A stretch of DNA of 64,000 nucleotides from Escherichia coli (GTDB lineage Bacteria; Pseudomonadota; Gammaproteobacteria; Enterobacterales; Enterobacteriaceae). Position 1 is the stretch's first letter. Each line of letters begins with the position of its first letter. Positions 31,262-39,928 of this stretch are shown here, in pieces. Below the pieces are notes generated by a model. That model was not told where the DNA came from, did no database searches, and worked only from the letters and a program-made list of their open reading frames with translations. A program made the translations under genes and the position numbers. The stretch lies in the NCBI RefSeq assembly GCF_041248615.1, contig NZ_CP158426.1; one strand, given 5' to 3'.

Positions 31262-31606
31262 TTACCATTTCGGCGGAGTCTTCAGAGAACCAGTAATTCT
31301 TCCCGGTAGCTTTCCTTTGTAGGTTATCCACACATTCTGCGCCTCTAAAATTATGGGGCGCTTTTCCGGCGACTGCTCATCCCCTTCACATAACCCGGCA
31401 GCACCATCCAGGAAGAACTGTCTAATGCTCCTTCTCGCTGCTGCCTCATAAAACTCCAACGCGGCACCTTCAACACGGTCCAGCGAGATGTCCAGGTCAA
31501 AAATTTCACCGTCAAAGCGTTTTTTGTCCCGTAAGGCTACAGTTACCGCCACTTTATTCTCAAAATTGCGGACTCCTTTCACAACCAGTTCATAGTCTTG
31601 TGTCAT
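31262..31606 (-). CDS. hypothetical protein between holin and endolysin
   Basis: ORF in the S-R interval; no recognised motif; start uncertain. Confidence 0.4.
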   Translation of the reverse strand: MTQDYELVVKGVRNFENKVAVTVALRDKKRFDGEIFDLDISLDRVEGAALEFYEAAARRSIRQFFLDGAAGLCEGDEQSPEKRPIILEAQNVWITYKGKLPGRITGSLKTPPKW

Positions 31607-31610
31607 TGGA

Positions 31611-31826
31611 TTACTCTCTTCTCGCAACCTTACGCCTGTCTTCTTTAATCTTGAAATAAAGGTTTGTCAGATACGTCAGCAGGCCAAAAACCAGACTACC
31701 CAGCACACCGATTGCAGCCCACTGTGACGGAGTTACTTTATCGAGTAACTGCAATGCCCAGAAACCAGCATTACCAGCCGATGTGCCATAGGCGATACCT
31801 GTTGTTAACTTATCCATTGATTTCAT
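31611..31826 (-). CDS. S: pinholin (phage 21 S-like class II holin, dual-start MKSM)
   Basis: 71 aa, [28 protein letters not shown]... close to S21 including the Met1/Met4 dual start. Confidence 0.85.
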   Translation of the reverse strand: MKSMDKLTTGIAYGTSAGNAGFWALQLLDKVTPSQWAAIGVLGSLVFGLLTYLTNLYFKIKEDRRKVARRE

Positions 31827-32044
31827 ATCCTCACCCCGATGTACACAGATGGTGCAATATGTTTGAAAAGATCGGAGTCTATGGGTTAGTTTTTATAGCA
31901 AACGTTGTTCTCAACGGCGCTAAAAAACAGACACATTAAAAATGTGGGTAATTATTTTAAAAGAAAATCATATATTAAATAATAATACGAGATATGTTTT
32001 CATATTTAGTGTACTGTATACGGCCATTTATACAGGAAAAGCCT

Positions 32045-32215
32045 ATGTCAGAACGTAAAGACTCAAAATCACGCCGTAATTATCTCGTTAAATGTTCCTG
32101 CCCAAACTGCACCCAAGAGTCAGAACACAGTTTTTCAAGAGTACAAAAAGGTGCCCTTTTGATCTGCCCTCATTGCAACAAAGTATTCCAGACAAATCTT
32201 AAAGCTGTAGCTTGA
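32045..32215 (+). CDS. small zinc-ribbon protein (CxxC ... CxxC)
   Basis: AGGA SD before ATG; CPNC and CPHC pairs. Confidence 0.35.
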   Translation: MSERKDSKSRRNYLVKCSCPNCTQESEHSFSRVQKGALLICPHCNKVFQTNLKAVA

Positions 32216-32277
32216 TTGATTTTATTCGTAACAAGTATTTTTTATATTTTAATAACATATTTAAAGCAGATAATAAA

Positions 32278-32300
32278 AAACCCGCCTGAGCGGGTTTAAT
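32278..32300. terminator. hairpin flanked by A and T runs (possible bidirectional terminator)
   Basis: AAAAAACCCGCCTGAGCGGGTTTAAT. Confidence 0.4.
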
Positions 32301-32578
32301 ATTGTGGTGCTTTTTGTGGGAGTCATCCACTTACGCACTTTGTTTTGCTATGCTAGCAGTTAGCTTCTGCTGTAAAACTATTCATGCAGCAAACCTGCAC
32401 TTCACCACAATGGTTAGCATACTTTTCCTGATTAAGTTATTGCCAAATATGCTGGCCATTGTTTCATGTATTGGATCTCCTTACTATTTATTAAAGAGAT
32501 CCAATATTCACCACTCTGTCTGTATCTCCACTCAGGCATCAGCCTTCTTCGTTATCGTATACAGACAAACTATTAATT

Positions 32579-32794
32579 TTAATCAGTAATTATGACATTT
32601 GCTGCTGCAGGACCTTTAGCACCACTCTCTACAGAGAAGGTAACCTTTTGACCTTCAAATAAGGTTCGATAATTATCATTCTGAATCGCAGAAAAATGCA
32701 CAAACACATCTTTACTACCATCAACAGGAGAAATAAAGCCAAAACCTTTATCAGCGTTAAACCATTTTACTAAACCAGTCATTTTATTTGACAT
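32579..32794 (-). CDS. cold shock protein (CspB-like)
   Basis: [21 protein letters not shown]... canonical CspA-family sequence. Confidence 0.8.
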   Translation of the reverse strand: MSNKMTGLVKWFNADKGFGFISPVDGSKDVFVHFSAIQNDNYRTLFEGQKVTFSVESGAKGPAAANVIITD

Positions 32795-33093
32795 TCTACA
32801 TTCCTTAACTTGAGCCTTTCGGCATAAATGGCTTGTATAACAGAAACGACTTCGTACTTAATTGGAGAGACTCAAAGAAGGAATAAGTGAATAACACCTG
32901 AAATGAGAACTGCTTTAGTAAACTACTTCGTATATCGTCTGTTCTTCAAACCGACGCAATCATTAACGCATAGTTGAACATATGAAGCAATGTTTATTTT
33001 AGACATCCAGCCATCTTCAACCCCATCAAAAAACTATAGCTTTCTTCAGGAACGTGTGTATAGTGCGCCAAGTTATCAGTATTAAGGAATTTT

Positions 33094-33306
33094 TTGTCCC
33101 GTAAAATGACAGGAATTCTCAAAACCTTTGACGGCAAAAGCGGCAAAGGTCTTATAACCCCATCCGATGGTCGTATCGATGTCCAGCTTCATGTTTCAGC
33201 GCTCAATCTCCGCGATGCAGAAGAAATTACCACCGGATTACGCGTGGAATTTTGCCGGATAAATGGTCTGCGTGGACCATCAGCTGCCAATGTTTACCTT
33301 TCATGA
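33094..33306 (+). CDS. cold shock protein paralog (CspF/CspH-like)
   Basis: [26 protein letters not shown]... CspF/H-like. Confidence 0.75.
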   Translation: MSRKMTGILKTFDGKSGKGLITPSDGRIDVQLHVSALNLRDAEEITTGLRVEFCRINGLRGPSAANVYLS

Positions 33307-33598
33307 GCTATATTAAAGCTTTAACTTCAAGCCCCATCGAATCAAACATGGAGAGTTTTCATGAATAAACCCGTCTGTCTTGATGACTGGTTGATTGGCT
33401 TTAAAAGCTTATGCTGTACTTTGACCTTAATAGCTCTGCTAATAATGTAATAAGCAGACTCATTGTATCTATGGACATTGTACTGGAAGAAAACATTTTA
33501 AACATCAGGCAAAAAACAAAGTCACCCGATAAATAATAAGTAAACTAACATGAATCCCGTAATGAGATTCAACATCTCTATTACCCTATTTAAAGCAC

Positions 33599-33622
33599 AA
33601 AAACCCGCTCATCAGCGGGTTT
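33599..33622 (-). terminator. tR-prime-like terminator downstream of Q
   Basis: CCCGCT-CATC-AGCGGG hairpin with flanking T run (on the minus strand). Confidence 0.5.
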
Positions 33623-33668
33623 TCTACTTTTTCTTAACTTCGGGTATACAAAGCCCATCGTTGAAAAA

Positions 33669-33697
33669 ATTTTATCCATATTTTTTGAAAAATGCAA
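33669..33697 (-). promoter_or_regulatory. putative Q-dependent late promoter (pR-prime-like)
   Basis: Minus-strand TTGCAT, 17-bp spacer, TAAAAT, immediately downstream of Q and upstream of the hairpin. Confidence 0.45.
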
Positions 33698-33728
33698 GCA
33701 TCACGTCGCCATCTTCGGCGAAAATCAC

Positions 33729-34481
33729 TTATCTCGTCACCTTTCTCAATTGTGCTTCAGCGTAAGATTCCTCCTGCCAGCACTTTGTAACCAGTTTATC
33801 AATGACATTTGCATATCCTTTATACCACTGATAATCACTCAGGTCCGGTACCAGCTTCTGGACATGATGCCGCGCCAGTGTGGTTGGTAAACGACTAAAC
33901 CGTTTTCCATTGCAACGCCCACAAATCTTATAAACAGGTGTGCCATGAAGCCGGGTCCTTTTTTCATCCAGGACAATACCTTTACCCTTACACCCTCTGC
34001 ACGCTGTGCTGACTTCTCCCTTACCATGGCAATGCTGACATAGTTCCTTCACCCACTCTTCTTTGATAACAGATTCCCCGCTTCTGGAGTGTTTCACCAC
34101 TTCGCGCAATACATTATGAAATCCAGTACCAGCACAATGCTCGCAACGAGCCTTACTTGCCGCAGACCTGGAATAATCAGCAAAGGCAAAATTCACAAGG
34201 TAAGGAATAATCTGTAGCCGGGTTTCTTCACTCAATTTATTCAATGTCGGGTTATCCAGTGCCATCGCGTAATTGAGCAGACCTTCAATCGCAAACTGAG
34301 GATCCTGAACACCAACTTTTGCCAGGAATAAGGCAAACCCAAGCGGTGCTTTCGACTGCACCATCCCCTGCGCAGCCATCACATCCGTAATCGTTAAACC
34401 ACCAGAGCCTGTCGCCGGTGCGTCATCACTCAATTTTGGAGATTTTGGGGAGTAATATTTTGGTAAGGCTTCAAGGTTCAT
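33729..34481 (-). CDS. late-gene antitermination protein Q
   Basis: 250 aa with Cys-rich zinc-binding region (CEHCAGTG ... CQHCHGKG ... CRGCKGKG), Q-family; position upstream of lysis genes. Confidence 0.7.
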   Translation of the reverse strand: MNLEALPKYYSPKSPKLSDDAPATGSGGLTITDVMAAQGMVQSKAPLGFALFLAKVGVQDPQFAIEGLLNYAMALDNPTLNKLSEETRLQIIPYLVNFAFADYSRSAASKARCEHCAGTGFHNVLREVVKHSRSGESVIKEEWVKELCQHCHGKGEVSTACRGCKGKGIVLDEKRTRLHGTPVYKICGRCNGKRFSRLPTTLARHHVQKLVPDLSDYQWYKGYANVIDKLVTKCWQEESYAEAQLRKVTR

Positions 34482-34494
34482 GCTCGTTCTCCAC

Positions 34495-35490
34495 TTACGC
34501 CAGTACGCCTATTGCCAGCGCACGATCGATAAAACGAAATATCAGCTCCAGCTGGGAGCCATACTTCTCTTCAAATGCCACGGTATCCGCATGCAGCTCG
34601 TCGTGATGCTTTCTGCACAAAGGCAACACAAAAAGGTCATGCGCTTTTGTACCCATTCCCCCCTGACCGTGGCCTATCAGGTGGTGGGGATCATCAGCAG
34701 GTTTTCCACAACATGCGCACGGCTGCGTCTTAACCCAGCGCGTGTACTTTTCATTAACCCAGCGGTGACGTTTTGGGCGTAACATAAAAGACTCCGGCGA
34801 CTCCGGATCCACTTTCAGCGCCAGCACCTTTTTCGCCTTATCCTGGATGATGCTGGTGGCAGGAACCGAAGGCACAAGGTCACTTTCCCGGGTAACAGAC
34901 GGCACAACAGGCTTCGGTAATCTCAGTGCCTTACGGGCTGCACTTTCCGGTAAGGCATCCGCCAGATCATTACGAATCAGCCACCAGCACAGTTCCGGCA
35001 TTGTCACAACATGACTGTCATCAAAACCGAGATCCCGACGCACAACAGACAACACCCAGCGGGCACAGTTATCCGTTGCCATTGATTCCAGCCGTTCCGT
35101 GAACTGATCGCGCAGCTGGTTATCGCAGTGCCAGCACAGACGGATTGCGCCCGGAGCGTGTCGCATTGTTGTCATATTCTCGCTGTGCCAGTCGGAATGA
35201 GGCCACTGGCAGCCTTTTTCACGAAGTAACCAGCTTTCAAGACATTCCACCCCACCAGCACGACGGATCACTGCCTCATTGCGGAACACGGCCCGAACGG
35301 CAGGATCATCCGCCAGCGGTTGTGATGCCGCCGGAACGGCACCACTGGCGAAAGATGAATAACGTTCCGGCTCAGGCTCCAGCAGGACACGCCCCTGCAT
35401 AAACAAGGGCATCAGCTCTGAACCTGGTCTGAACAATACGATCCCCATACGCGGGGCAATTTCAGGGGTCAGTAGTGCTCTCACGGTCAC
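34495..35490 (-). CDS. DUF968-family protein with C-terminal HNH-like zinc motif
   Basis: C-terminal CACCGKPADDPHHLIGHGQGGMGTKAHD...CRKHHDELH; common lambdoid early-region gene. Confidence 0.55.
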   Translation of the reverse strand: MTVRALLTPEIAPRMGIVLFRPGSELMPLFMQGRVLLEPEPERYSSFASGAVPAASQPLADDPAVRAVFRNEAVIRRAGGVECLESWLLREKGCQWPHSDWHSENMTTMRHAPGAIRLCWHCDNQLRDQFTERLESMATDNCARWVLSVVRRDLGFDDSHVVTMPELCWWLIRNDLADALPESAARKALRLPKPVVPSVTRESDLVPSVPATSIIQDKAKKVLALKVDPESPESFMLRPKRHRWVNEKYTRWVKTQPCACCGKPADDPHHLIGHGQGGMGTKAHDLFVLPLCRKHHDELHADTVAFEEKYGSQLELIFRFIDRALAIGVLA

Positions 35491-35491
35491 C

Positions 35492-36319
35492 TCAATGAAC
35501 GGTATCGAGCAGCTTTAACAGCTCAGGGAATCGGGATTCGAAGAAATGCGGCTGCGTCTCGCGCGGATTTGCAGGACTGGTGATGTTCTTGCCGAACATG
35601 CAGCCTTTCGCGGTCAGCGACCAGAATTTTTTGATGTTGTTAATCGCGGTACGACTGTATCGTTCGCGTTGTTCAACGATCCCCAGCTTCGCCATCTGGT
35701 GATATGCCTGATTAGCCGTCAGGCGGATACCATACTGCTTCAGCAGTGCACTCAGCGACAGCGTAGGGCGGCTTGAACCATCTGGCGCATCAGCAGGTGC
35801 ATCAATGGCATAGATCGGCATAAGTTCAGGAAGACCAGCTACCTTTGATAATTTCTGGTATGCACCAAGTTTCGAGGAGTTTGACAGATTTAGAGTCTTT
35901 GCTGCTGATTCAAGCAGAATGACCCCGGATTTAATTTTGTCGGATGTGGTTTCTTCTGGTGATGAATTATGAAGCGCATCAAAAGTACGTATCACTTTTA
36001 AGCTGAATGCCGGGCTGATCCACATTGCATATGCATAGACCAGCTCTTTACAGACATACGTCCCACCATTGCGCCCCTGAATGGTGATGACAGGAATACT
36101 ACGGGAATCTCCCGTAGTTTCTTCTTCCAATAATTCCACAAGAGCCTTCGTTTCAGGACGACGCATAAACTCGTGAACTTCCAGCGAACGGGAGGAGCGA
36201 TTCTCACCAGCGGCAAGAAGAGCAGCTTTCTGAAGGTCGTTAAGACAGTAGTTAGATTCGAAGTACTGGCGCACAGAAACGCCATCAATTACAAGCAACT
36301 GATTCATTGGTTTCTCCAC
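35492..36319 (-). CDS. KilA-N domain protein
   Basis: N-terminal region (NGGTYVCKELVYAYAMWISPAFSLKVI) resembles the KilA-N/APSES-type domain. Confidence 0.5.
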   Translation of the reverse strand: MEKPMNQLLVIDGVSVRQYFESNYCLNDLQKAALLAAGENRSSRSLEVHEFMRRPETKALVELLEEETTGDSRSIPVITIQGRNGGTYVCKELVYAYAMWISPAFSLKVIRTFDALHNSSPEETTSDKIKSGVILLESAAKTLNLSNSSKLGAYQKLSKVAGLPELMPIYAIDAPADAPDGSSRPTLSLSALLKQYGIRLTANQAYHQMAKLGIVEQRERYSRTAINNIKKFWSLTAKGCMFGKNITSPANPRETQPHFFESRFPELLKLLDTVH

Positions 36320-36469
36320 AAATTTTTATCCACGAGCGGGACTGCACTCCCTTTTCGTTGATGCAGGATGAACTTACTGCGATTTTTAATAGTTATCAAG
36401 GATACACTGTTCATAAATACAGTATCTTTAACGAGGTAATACCCAAATTTAGGGTGTTGCTCAATTCCG

Positions 36470-36865
36470 TTACCGAGTTGCTAATTTGCAACTCGCTTTT
36501 TCGTACTTACTGATAGTGATCTCGACCTTCCCCTCCGGGATAACCGGTCCCCACTCCACCAGCATTCTTTTCACCTGACTGTCGTCTTCCCACACACCCG
36601 CGTGGGTCAGGGCGTCAAACAGCGCCTTGTTATAGTTGTCCAGATCGCGGATCCGGTTATCCGGAGGAAACAACACGATCTCCACTGAAGCAGGTGCCGA
36701 CGTTGGTTTCGGCAGACGACGTAACTGCTCAACTATTGCTGCGCACGCCGCGCTCTGGAATTTGCGCCCCGCTGCGCTTATCAGACTCTTACCAGCAAAC
36801 GCCCCTTTGTTGGGGTGTCGCCAGTACGTGTTCACGCTGGGCGGGAAAGGCAGGATCAGCTTCAT
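36470..36865 (-). CDS. rusA: RusA-family Holliday junction resolvase
   Basis: RDLDNYNKALFDALTHAGVWEDDSQV matches the RusA catalytic core. Confidence 0.8.
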   Translation of the reverse strand: MKLILPFPPSVNTYWRHPNKGAFAGKSLISAAGRKFQSAACAAIVEQLRRLPKPTSAPASVEIVLFPPDNRIRDLDNYNKALFDALTHAGVWEDDSQVKRMLVEWGPVIPEGKVEITISKYEKASCKLATR

Positions 36866-37188
36866 ACTTTCAGGCCCCTCTCATGTAACCAGTGGGCTGC
36901 ACGCAGCCTGCCGTTTTCCTCACCGGCAAGCAGTGCGCGGATAATCCCGACCGCCTCGCTGTCGTCGTCCTTCACCGCGGTATGAAGCGTTATCCCCCGG
37001 GCCACGCCACGCTTTATCGTGATGACGCCTTTTTTCTCCAGTGCACGAAGATGCTCTACCGCTGCATTCACTGAACGGTATCCCAGCATGGTTGCCACCT
37101 CCTGATTGGTTGGCGGAAAGCCACGCTCTTTCTGGTAAGAAATCAGCATATCCAGCACCTGCTGCTGGCATTGAGTTAACGTCGTCAT
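36862..37188 (-). CDS. LexA N-terminal DNA-binding-domain homolog lacking the S24 peptidase domain
   Basis: MTTLTQCQQQVLDMLISYQKERGFPPTNQEVATMLGYRSVNAAVEHLRALEKKGVI aligns closely with E. coli LexA residues 1-70; ORF ends after about 108 aa. Confidence 0.6.
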   Translation of the reverse strand: MTTLTQCQQQVLDMLISYQKERGFPPTNQEVATMLGYRSVNAAVEHLRALEKKGVITIKRGVARGITLHTAVKDDDSEAVGIIRALLAGEENGRLRAAHWLHERGLKV

Positions 37189-37676
37189 TACGCCCCCACG
37201 TAATTCCCTGACAGATACCACTCATCACTCGATACAGCGCGCTTGCTGCTTTTCCGTAAACACTGCTCACGACGCGCCAGAAAATTGTTTCGTTCTGGCT
37301 GGGAGTGGCTTTCACGGAATGCCGCCATCCACACCGTTGCAGCACGACGGTATAAGCCCCTTGACTCCAGTTCTTCAGCCTGGCGGGTCAGGCACAAAAT
37401 CACCCGGGGATCGTTAGTGCCGACATAGAAATTGCGCACAGGTCTGGTTTCACGAACTGGTTGTGGTTCCGGCTCCTGCGCTCTCTCAGTCAGGCGCGGG
37501 AAATGTCTGCGTGTATCTCCTTCACAACGGTGAGCCACACGCCCACTCTGACGTAACTTGCTTGCTGACTGCAGAACGCGCTGCCGTGAGTAACCTGCAA
37601 AAGCATCCGCAATGTCTCCGGAAGTACACCCCGGATGGGCTTCAATGAATTTCTGAACTTCATTCAAAAGACTCAT
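37188..37676 (-). CDS. PerC/ANR-family transcriptional regulator-like protein
   Basis: C-terminal half (ELESRGLYRRAATVWMAAF...RREQCLRK) resembles PerC; N-terminal half is winged-helix-like. Confidence 0.45.
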   Translation of the reverse strand: MSLLNEVQKFIEAHPGCTSGDIADAFAGYSRQRVLQSASKLRQSGRVAHRCEGDTRRHFPRLTERAQEPEPQPVRETRPVRNFYVGTNDPRVILCLTRQAEELESRGLYRRAATVWMAAFRESHSQPERNNFLARREQCLRKSSKRAVSSDEWYLSGNYVGA

Positions 37677-37678
37677 AA

Positions 37679-38620
37679 TCACCCCCTGAATCCTGCCGGG
37701 ATCTGGCTGTAGTCCACGTTGTCGTAACTGGCTTTGAAGTACGGGTCTTCACGTTTTTCTGTGTGCGTGCTGACGGACGGCGATAAGCGCAGGGAAAGCT
37801 CATCCCATTTTTCCCGCAACTTCGACGGGCTGAGCACGTTACGGCACCAGAACGGATCGCGGCTGACGCGGCTGTACATCTCGCAGATTTGTTTGTGAGT
37901 ACGACCATCCTGCACACACATCAGGCGAATTTCGTTTGCCCAGGCTGTCCAGTTAGGTTCTTTGGGACGAACCACCTCGCCGTCACATTCGGCGGCCTGC
38001 TCGTACAGGGCGATGATTTTTTTCCAGAGCCACTGTGCGCAGGTCAAATCATCCTGCGTTCCCCACTGGCGCTTTTTAGGGCTGAATACAACCGCATCAG
38101 GATGGCGAGTTAAAAAATCCTGTTCATCCATCTGCGTGTCCGGTTGCGAAGCGTCCGGACGAGAAGGTTTTTTATCTGATGGATCATGTTTTGATTTTAC
38201 TGACGGATCCCCGCCAGATTCTGACGGGTGAAAACCCGCTTTTTTGCCAGATTTCGACGCATCAAATTTTGACGGGTCAGATTTTGATGCGTCAGATTTT
38301 GACGGGTCAGAATCTGACAGTTGAGAAAATGCCGCTGCCTGAAGCTTCGCAACGTTAAGCTGATAAACATTCGACGCATTGCGGTTACCCTGGCGACGCG
38401 CCTTACGCGTTAACCAGCCTTCTGCTTCCAGCCGTGCGATAGCCGTTCTGACGGTACTCATCCCCGCGCCAATCTGACGGGCAATGGTTTCAATTGATGG
38501 CCAGCACACACCTTCGTCATTACTGAAATCAGCCAGGCGGGCCATAATTGCCACGCTGGATAACTTCATGCCTGATGCAGCGCAACCATCCCATACATAG
38601 CCGGTTAATTTAGTGCTCAT
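37679..38620 (-). CDS. phage replication initiation protein (replisome-organiser N-domain, DnaT-like C-terminus)
   Basis: N-terminal wHTH (CWPSIETIARQIGAGMSTVRTAIARLEAEGWL); repeat-encoded linker; C-terminus YDNVDYSQIPAGFRG mirrors the DnaT C-terminus [13 protein letters not shown] at 60180-60204. Confidence 0.6.
   Translation of the reverse strand: MSTKLTGYVWDGCAASGMKLSSVAIMARLADFSNDEGVCWPSIETIARQIGAGMSTVRTAIARLEAEGWLTRKARRQGNRNASNVYQLNVAKLQAAAFSQLSDSDPSKSDASKSDPSKFDASKSGKKAGFHPSESGGDPSVKSKHDPSDKKPSRPDASQPDTQMDEQDFLTRHPDAVVFSPKKRQWGTQDDLTCAQWLWKKIIALYEQAAECDGEVVRPKEPNWTAWANEIRLMCVQDGRTHKQICEMYSRVSRDPFWCRNVLSPSKLREKWDELSLRLSPSVSTHTEKREDPYFKASYDNVDYSQIPAGFRG
38185..38330. repeat. iteron-like direct repeats inside the replication gene (putative ori)
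   Basis: About five copies of (C/T)AGAT(T/C)(T/C)TGACGGGT spaced at roughly 18-20 bp, with an adjacent A+T-rich stretch. Confidence 0.5.
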
Positions 38621-38629
38621 GACCGACCT

Positions 38630-38968
38630 CTATTTCCCTGAATTTACGACGAAACTGTTCGAGCGGACTGAAGCATTCATGCTCATAACCTTCGCGGAGG
38701 TAGATAACCCGTTGTGTTTCCGGCTCCCAACGAATGACTCTGACGAGCACTCCGTAGTGATCTTTGAACCAGCGGTTAACTTGTCGCAAAGGACTGTCTC
38801 CTTCTGCCGGTTGAAATCACCCACAGCCCACTCTGCAAAGCTGTGGGTTACAATTTCCCTGTCACCTGGTACATTCACTGCATAGCAATATTCCACCTTC
38901 GCTTTTCCACCCGGTACAGGAAGCGCAATCAGTTGCGAGCGACGGTAGTGTGTTGTTAAACTGTTCAT
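38630..38968 (-). CDS. hypothetical protein; possible frameshift or overlapping small gene
   Basis: First about 55 aa look protein-like, the rest is low complexity; an alternative frame encodes ...[33 protein letters not shown] with an AAGGAG SD. Confidence 0.3.
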   Translation of the reverse strand: MNSLTTHYRRSQLIALPVPGGKAKVEYCYAVNVPGDREIVTHSFAEWAVGDFNRQKETVLCDKLTAGSKITTECSSESFVGSRKHNGLSTSAKVMSMNASVRSNSFVVNSGK

Positions 38969-39555
38969 GCGTTAGTTTCTCCACAACCAGAAGCAATCGA
39001 CGCCACGACGCCCGGAGCTGCACACTCACGGGCGTCATTACTTTCTGAAATGCAAAAAATTTTGTAGACAAGTGCTGCATGCTCCTGCAGCTTCGAAATT
39101 GAGAGATACAGCTCGTCGTTAATTGCTGTCTTCTCATGCGGTTCCACTACGCCGTCTTCGATTGCTGAACGAATCTGTTTTGAATAACTGCCGATCTGTT
39201 CAATGACTTCCAGCAGACGCTGGTTAATATCGGCGTTGTCCACATCCTCGACGTCAGGAAGAGACACAAAGACGCCATTTGCAGACTGCGCCACAGCATC
39301 AGCAATGAAGTGAGTGCCACCAGCACGCTGTAAAACCATTGCCCATCCCAGCGGGAAAATCTGATCGCCATCTGCACGAAGGCGGTTGAATAAAGCGTTC
39401 TCTGTTACATCCAGCCAGTCAGCGGCTTCAGCGTAACCCCCCGGCAACGCCGCGATAGTTTTTCTGACAGCTTTCACGTACCACTCAGGCTGTTTTTCTA
39501 TTTTCCAGTGATGCTTACCCACGGCTATCTCCTTAAAACTGTGGTTACTTTTCAT
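38965..39555 (-). CDS. CII-like phage regulatory protein (Phage_CP76/YdaT-like)
   Basis: Position after cro; weak resemblance to the CP76/YdaT-type family; start uncertain. Confidence 0.35.
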   Translation of the reverse strand: MKSNHSFKEIAVGKHHWKIEKQPEWYVKAVRKTIAALPGGYAEAADWLDVTENALFNRLRADGDQIFPLGWAMVLQRAGGTHFIADAVAQSANGVFVSLPDVEDVDNADINQRLLEVIEQIGSYSKQIRSAIEDGVVEPHEKTAINDELYLSISKLQEHAALVYKIFCISESNDARECAAPGVVASIASGCGETNA

Positions 39556-39793
39556 CTGATGAATCTTTAATCTTTTGAAAAATATCTGGACGTAATTTTT
39601 CTTTTGATATGCCAGTGGTCTTTTCAATGAATATCGAGAGCTTTGCAGGGGGACGCTTTTCTCTGTTCAACCAGTTCCAGACATGTTGTTGCTTTACTAA
39701 ATGACCGCTGCTGGCTGTGAGCTTCCGAGCCAATTCTGATTGACCACCAGCCAGAGCGATTGCCTCCGATAAGGCTAATTGCTCAGGTGTCAT
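39545..39793 (-). CDS. Cro-like HTH regulator
   Basis: 82-aa HTH protein divergent from the cI-like gene. Confidence 0.55.
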   Translation of the reverse strand: MTPEQLALSEAIALAGGQSELARKLTASSGHLVKQQHVWNWLNREKRPPAKLSIFIEKTTGISKEKLRPDIFQKIKDSSDEK

Positions 39794-39928
39794 AGCTTTC
39801 TCCTTTTTTGGTAGTTAAGTTGTTACGAGCTGCAAGAATACAACATTAACAACTTTTACCACAACTTTTAGGTGTTGGAAAGCTAAAACATAAAGTTGTA
39901 ACCTCATCAAAAAAGAGAGGGATATGTT
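39794..39928. promoter_or_regulatory. immunity-region intergenic segment with repeated operator-like half-sites
   Basis: AAGTTGT / ACAACTT at 39818-24, 39850-56, 39862-68, 39894-39900 between divergent cI and cro. Confidence 0.5.

Noticed and set aside
32215-33729. Shiga toxin or other toxin genes between Q and the holin
   Set aside because: Only cold-shock-protein paralogs and a small zinc-ribbon ORF are present
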